A stretch of DNA of 64,000 bases from an uncultured delta proteobacterium (GTDB lineage: Bacteria > Myxococcota_A > Polyangia > Polyangiales > Polyangiaceae), in the NCBI GenBank assembly GCA_963850305.1, contig CAWKKR010000007.1:576001-640000 (forward strand). The letters are read 5' to 3'. The translations under genes were made by a program, and so were the position numbers. The notes beneath the pieces were generated by a model. That model was not told the origin of the DNA. It made no database searches and saw only the letters and a list, made by a program, of their open reading frames with translations. How positions within the stretch are numbered: position 1 is the stretch's first letter; each line of letters opens with the position of its first letter. Below, piece after piece: positions 58,275 to 64,000 of this stretch.

Positions 58275-59027
58275 ATGCAAGGCGCACTCTCTCGACTCCA
58301 CTCCTGGGAACTCGACCGAAAGGAGGACGACGTACGTGGTTGGGCCCTACGCGACATGGAGGGCCGAACGCTCGGGAACGTCGGGGATCTGATCGTCGAT
58401 ACCGACACCCGGACCGTGATCCGAGTCGTGCTGGGCGACGGGCGGCAATACGCGGCTTCGCAGGTCTTCCTGGGAGACCGCTTTCTGACTCTCAGCCGAC
58501 CGCAGAAGCGGGACCCCGCCATTCGTGAGACTCGAACCGAGTCGTCCACCCAGACGGAGGCTGCAGCGCGTGCTTCCGAAAGCGCGGACCCGACGAAGAT
58601 CGAGTCCAGGCCTCTCGTCGCCAATCGGGACTTCGATCTGGTCGTACCGATCATCGAAGAGGAACTCGAGGTGTCGAAACGGAGGTATGAGACGGGCGGA
58701 ATACGCGTCGATGCTCACGTCGTGACGAAGCCCGTAGAACAGGATGTGCGGCTCACCGAGGAGCGCGTACACGTCGAACGGAAGCCAGTTGATCTCCCGC
58801 TGACCCCCACCGCGGCCGCGGCACGCCTTCACGATGCGACCGTCGAGATGGCGGCGATGTCCGAGCTTCCAGTTGTGGACAAGGTCGCGCAGGTCGTCGA
58901 GGAGGTTGTCGTCAAGAAGGAAGTCACGGAGCGCGTTCAGGTGATCCGCGACACCGTTCGGCATACCGACGCTCAGGTAACGAAACTTCCGGGTACGGAA
59001 CTGTCCGTCAAAGGAGCTGTGCGATGA
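58275..59027 (+). CDS. PRC-barrel + DUF2382 (YsnF/AvaK) protein
   Basis: DVRGW..GNVGDLIVD; IEEELEVSKR, EERVHVER, VVEEVVVKK, DTVR. Confidence 0.88.
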   Translation: MQGALSRLHSWELDRKEDDVRGWALRDMEGRTLGNVGDLIVDTDTRTVIRVVLGDGRQYAASQVFLGDRFLTLSRPQKRDPAIRETRTESSTQTEAAARASESADPTKIESRPLVANRDFDLVVPIIEEELEVSKRRYETGGIRVDAHVVTKPVEQDVRLTEERVHVERKPVDLPLTPTAAAARLHDATVEMAAMSELPVVDKVAQVVEEVVVKKEVTERVQVIRDTVRHTDAQVTKLPGTELSVKGAVR

Positions 59028-59581
59028 GAACAGGGCAAGATCTGGTCATCCCCGTTATCGAAGAAGAGTTGCGCGTCGGGAAGCGCGAGGTGGACGCAGG
59101 TGGCGTGCGCGTCACGACGCAAATCCGCTCCCTTCCGATCGAAAAATCCGTCACGGTTCGCGAGGAAAGCGTCAAAGTCGAACGCCGGGTCACCAACCGC
59201 CCGATCGACGGCGCAGATGAGTGGTTTCGTGATCGCGCCCTCGAGATGAAGGCAACGTCGGAAGAGCCCGTCATCTCGAAGCATGCCCATGTGATCGAGG
59301 AGATTCGCGTCCACAAGGACCGAACCGAGCGCGTAGAGACGATCCACGACTCCCTTCGTCATACGGACGTGAAGGTCACGGAGGCCTCGCCTGCGAAACC
59401 CTCCATAAAGCGGCAGCTGTCACCTGCTTTCGAGTATGGACAGCTCCTTCACCGACGCATGCCTGGCAGAGACTTCGCGGCCCTCGAAGCAGATGCAATG
59501 GCCAAATGGGAAGCGGCGAATCCCGGCACCTGGGGCGATTGCAAGGACGCCATCCGCGCCGGCTGGGAATCGATGAGCTGA
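59024..59581 (+). CDS. DUF2382 (YsnF/AvaK) protein
   Basis: IPVIEEELRVGKREV, EEPVISK; C-terminal W..KDAIRAGW. Confidence 0.85.
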   Translation: MRTGQDLVIPVIEEELRVGKREVDAGGVRVTTQIRSLPIEKSVTVREESVKVERRVTNRPIDGADEWFRDRALEMKATSEEPVISKHAHVIEEIRVHKDRTERVETIHDSLRHTDVKVTEASPAKPSIKRQLSPAFEYGQLLHRRMPGRDFAALEADAMAKWEAANPGTWGDCKDAIRAGWESMS

Positions 59582-59678
59582 TCGGTCCCGTTCGCGCGAG
59601 CTGGAGCAGAGCCCGGAGGAGCCGGTTGTTTGATGCACGGCGGAGCGACATCGCGCTCCGCCGTGAAGTCAGTGCTGA

Positions 59679-60047
59679 CTACCAGCGCTTGCCGCCGCCG
59701 CCACCCCCGTAGCCGCCGTCACGGCCGCCACCGCGGCCACCGCCGCCGCCGCCGCCACGGCCGCCGAACCCTCCGCCACCACCACCACCGCCGCCACCCT
59801 TACGCTCCTCCGCTTCGTTCACGCGAAGCGGGCGGCCGTCGAGGGTAGCGCCGTTCATGCGCGAGATGGCTTCCGCCGCAAGCTGCGACGTCCCCATCGT
59901 CACGAAGCCGAAGCCCCGCGAACGACCGCTGTCGCGATCCATCGCGATGTGGACGTCCGTGACTTCACCTACCTCGGAGAATGCCTGGCGGAGCGAGTCC
60001 GTCGTGGCGTCGTACGAGAGATTCCCAACATATAGCCGATTACCCAT
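59679..60047 (-). CDS. RRM RNA-binding protein (paralog of 56793-57197)
   Basis: LYVGNL and RGFGFV; Gly-rich tail ending KRW. Confidence 0.95.
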   Translation of the reverse strand: MGNRLYVGNLSYDATTDSLRQAFSEVGEVTDVHIAMDRDSGRSRGFGFVTMGTSQLAAEAISRMNGATLDGRPLRVNEAEERKGGGGGGGGGGFGGRGGGGGGGRGGGRDGGYGGGGGGKRW

Positions 60048-60301
60048 GAGATTAACGTGTCTTTCGTTACGGCTCTACGTCGCGCCAGAGGCACTTCGAA
60101 CAATTCATCAATTCATCTTCCTGAGAACCGCTGAGAGCGGAGGATGAGACACGGAAGAACGTCTCCCGCGCCCACGCAGCGTCGCCAGAGTTTTGCGACG
60201 CGTCGCGATCCCATGGCTGGGAGGGCGGTGGGTCGATCGCCGGAAACGTTTCGTGACCGAGCTTCTTTAGCGCAAAGCTTCGTGGGGTACCAGGGGGGCT
60301 T

Positions 60302-61627
<1,326 letters not shown>

Positions 61628-61818
61628 GCTCCTCCAGGGCTCGCGGAGACCGCGAGCGCTCCACCCAAAACGGTATCACAGTGCGCGGCTCGGGGAAGCG
61701 CCGACCCGGCCCGCGATGCCTCGCGTTTCGGTCGTTGTCCCGGGGCTAGCACTCGGTGAGCCGGGCGTGGGTGAGGAAGCTGGACGACCACAGGACGAAA
61801 GCTGGATGATTTCGAGCG

Positions 61819-63552
61819 TTGTCCTTTCCGGCCACCCGCGGCGAAAGGGTCGCTCTCGGTTTGCTCCTGGCGCTCGCCGGCATCGCCTTCGTGCGTGTCG
61901 TCCAGCGCGCGTGGACGTGTGACGACGCGTTCATCTCGTACCGGTACGCCAGGCACCTGGTCGAGGGACACGGTCTCGTCTTCAACGTCGGCGAGCGCAT
62001 CGAAGGTTACACGAATCCGCTCTTCACCCTCGGGATCGCAGGGGCGATGGCGCTCGGCGCGAAGCCTCGCGTGGCGTCGATGGTCGCCGGTGCGGTCGCG
62101 TACTTTGCCGTCGCGCTCATGCTGGCGGAGGGTTCTCTGGAGCGGACTCCTTCGGGCAAGCAGTGGCTCCCGCTGGGCGCCGCCCTGTGGCTCGCCCAGG
62201 ACGATCTCTGGACATGGGCCACGGGAGGGCTCGAGACGACGGTGTTCGCCGCCCTGGCGTTCGCGGGGGTCCGCCGGCTCTCGTGCGGCGATCCGTCGTC
62301 ACGCAGCTACGCGATCGGAGGGGGCTGGCTCGCGCTCGCGTGTTTGACCCGGCCGGACGGCGTGATCTTCGCTGCGGTCGGCGTGCTCGGCATTTTCGCG
62401 ACATCGCAGCCACCAGCGCGAGGGCGGCGAGAGCTCGCCATGCACGTTGCGGCTGCGCTCGTCCCGCTGGCGGTTTTGGGTGGAGCGTTCGCAGCAGCCA
62501 AGCTCTGGTACTACGGGCGCCTGCTCCCAACGACGTTCTACGCGAAGTCAGCGGCGGACGCGGACTACGGACAGGGTCTCTTTTACCTCGCGCTCTACGC
62601 GGTGAAGCACTGGTCGATGTCGGTCGCCTGCGTGGTGCTTCCGATTGCGGCGTTGACGATGGGCGGCACTCGAACGCTATCCGGGCGCCGCGACGCCCTG
62701 GTCGCTCTGGTCGCATTCGCGACTTTCTCGATCTACGTCGCACGTTCCGGCGGTGACTTCATGTTCGCACGGCGGCTCGTTCCGGTGCTGCCGTTCTTGT
62801 TCGTCTTCCTCGACGCCGCGGTGTCTGCGCTCCCTGCGCGCGGCGGCGCTCCCGGTGCGTTCGCGTTCACGGTGGCAAGCTTCTTTCCATATCCCGTGTT
62901 CTCGGGGGATCGCCCTCCCGATATCCGCGGCATTTCCGACGAGAGATCCTATTATCCGGAAAGAGTGATCGACGCGCGTCGACAGCAAGGGGTGCTGGCG
63001 CGAAGGGTCTTCCGCGGAATCGATCTGAAGGCGTCTTTCGGCGGAGGCATGTGCATGTTCGCGTACTATAGCGATTTGCCTTACATGATCGAGCCGAACG
63101 GGCTCACGCAGTACTGGCTTGCCGAGCGTCCTCTCGCACGTCGCTCCGGCAAGATCGGGCACGAGAAACCGGTGACCCGCGACGAACTCCGGGAGCACGG
63201 TGCCACCCTCATCTTCCAGCGCGACCTGCCTCCGCTTCTGCAGGCGGAGCCGCGTTATGACGAGATCTTCTTGAACCGCACACTCCTCGTCGAGATGCTG
63301 GTGTATGACGACGCGTTGATGCAGCGGCTCGCGCGCGTACCGGGCGTCGTATTCCACTCCATCGACGATACTCTGCGAGACGCCGCATTCGACCTCCGCG
63401 GGATGACCTGCGGCGACGCGCGGGCATCGCTCCAATCGCTGTCGCGTTTCTATCTCGGGCGTCATCCCGACCGACTACCGCCGATCCGCGACGCCGTTGC
63501 CGCGGCGTGCTCGCGCTCGCACGCGCCAGCCGAGGACGTCGGTTCCCCATGA
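61819..63552 (+). CDS. Polytopic GT-C-like glycosyltransferase
   Basis: DDAFISYRYA..GLVFN.GERIEGYTNPL, GLET, TRPDG, PTTFYAK, GGDFM; many TM helices. Confidence 0.78.
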   Translation: MSFPATRGERVALGLLLALAGIAFVRVVQRAWTCDDAFISYRYARHLVEGHGLVFNVGERIEGYTNPLFTLGIAGAMALGAKPRVASMVAGAVAYFAVALMLAEGSLERTPSGKQWLPLGAALWLAQDDLWTWATGGLETTVFAALAFAGVRRLSCGDPSSRSYAIGGGWLALACLTRPDGVIFAAVGVLGIFATSQPPARGRRELAMHVAAALVPLAVLGGAFAAAKLWYYGRLLPTTFYAKSAADADYGQGLFYLALYAVKHWSMSVACVVLPIAALTMGGTRTLSGRRDALVALVAFATFSIYVARSGGDFMFARRLVPVLPFLFVFLDAAVSALPARGGAPGAFAFTVASFFPYPVFSGDRPPDIRGISDERSYYPERVIDARRQQGVLARRVFRGIDLKASFGGGMCMFAYYSDLPYMIEPNGLTQYWLAERPLARRSGKIGHEKPVTRDELREHGATLIFQRDLPPLLQAEPRYDEIFLNRTLLVEMLVYDDALMQRLARVPGVVFHSIDDTLRDAAFDLRGMTCGDARASLQSLSRFYLGRHPDRLPPIRDAVAAACSRSHAPAEDVGSP

Positions 63553-64000
63553 AGAGTGGCCTCTCGACGTTGCCATTCGTCGCGGCCGTATTCGCATTTG
63601 GCTTCCTGTGCTCGGCGACCGCTCGCGCGAACGCGGTTCGGGGTCCGAGTTGCGCCGATGGCAATCTGTTCGTGGGTGCGCGCGCGAGCGGACCCGGAGT
63701 GACGGACAGGCTTGGGCAACTCGCCGACGGCCGCATCGCACCCGAGGGTGCCACCTGGCCCGACCCGGGGGTACTCGTGAAAGTCGATGGCGAGCTGACG
63801 CTGGACCTCGGGAGCCCGGTGCCGGCGCGGCGCTTCTTCGTCCAGATCGACGCGGACCAGCGCGCTCTCGTCGGATTCTCCGCCGACGGTTCGGCGTGGG
63901 AAGCGGTGAGCATATCGCCGGATCCATCGGCGTCGGGGATGATCTCGCGCGTCGTCGATCTTCCGCCACGGCTCGTGCGCTACGTCCGCCTCCTTGCCGT
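63549..64000 (+). CDS. Secreted/membrane protein with discoidin-like domain (partial)
   Basis: ATG overlaps the upstream stop; signal peptide; LTLDLG...SADG..W...RYVRL; open to the window end. Confidence 0.6.
   Translation, partial: MKSGLSTLPFVAAVFAFGFLCSATARANAVRGPSCADGNLFVGARASGPGVTDRLGQLADGRIAPEGATWPDPGVLVKVDGELTLDLGSPVPARRFFVQIDADQRALVGFSADGSAWEAVSISPDPSASGMISRVVDLPPRLVRYVRLLA

Overview
GC-rich myxobacterial-type (Polyangiaceae-like) chromosomal segment, probably from an assembly with patchy indel errors. In order it carries: the end of a 2-oxoglutarate dehydrogenase operon (sucA'-sucB-lpdA); a Sel1-like lipoprotein, a TetR regulator and a TPR/PEGA cassette; a complete Rrf2-sufBCDSUT-sufA Fe-S operon with a readable sigma70 promoter and operator; an FHA-sigma54 activator facing a -24/-12 promoter upstream of an ECF sigma and Ser/Thr kinase; a lysine dehydrogenase/ALDH7 pair; and two translationally coupled giant Cys-rich surface proteins (VWA + 23 repeats + MYXO-CTERM, and lipoprotein + about 21 repeats + FGE/C-type-lectin-fold tip). 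At 35.1-44.3 kb is a frameshift-riddled cluster largely missed by the ORF track: a NarL-type regulator divergent from GNAT, a candidate short peptide, a heme-oxygenase-like diiron enzyme, a stand-alone YcaO and a giant Ser/Thr kinase-AAA-GAF-His kinase-REC hybrid, followed by a candidate C-rich small RNA. The rest holds an ECF/anti-sigma surface cassette, a Cu-monooxygenase-like lipoprotein, hydrolases, two paralogous RRM genes flanking a sigma54-promoter OmpA/DUF2382 operon, a kinase-cNMP fusion and a GT-C-like membrane protein. No rRNA, tRNA, CRISPR or mobile element was recognised. The best candidate for an undescribed system is the GNAT-peptide-HDO-YcaO locus with its coupled signalling genes. 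All calls come from motif reading; no searches were run.
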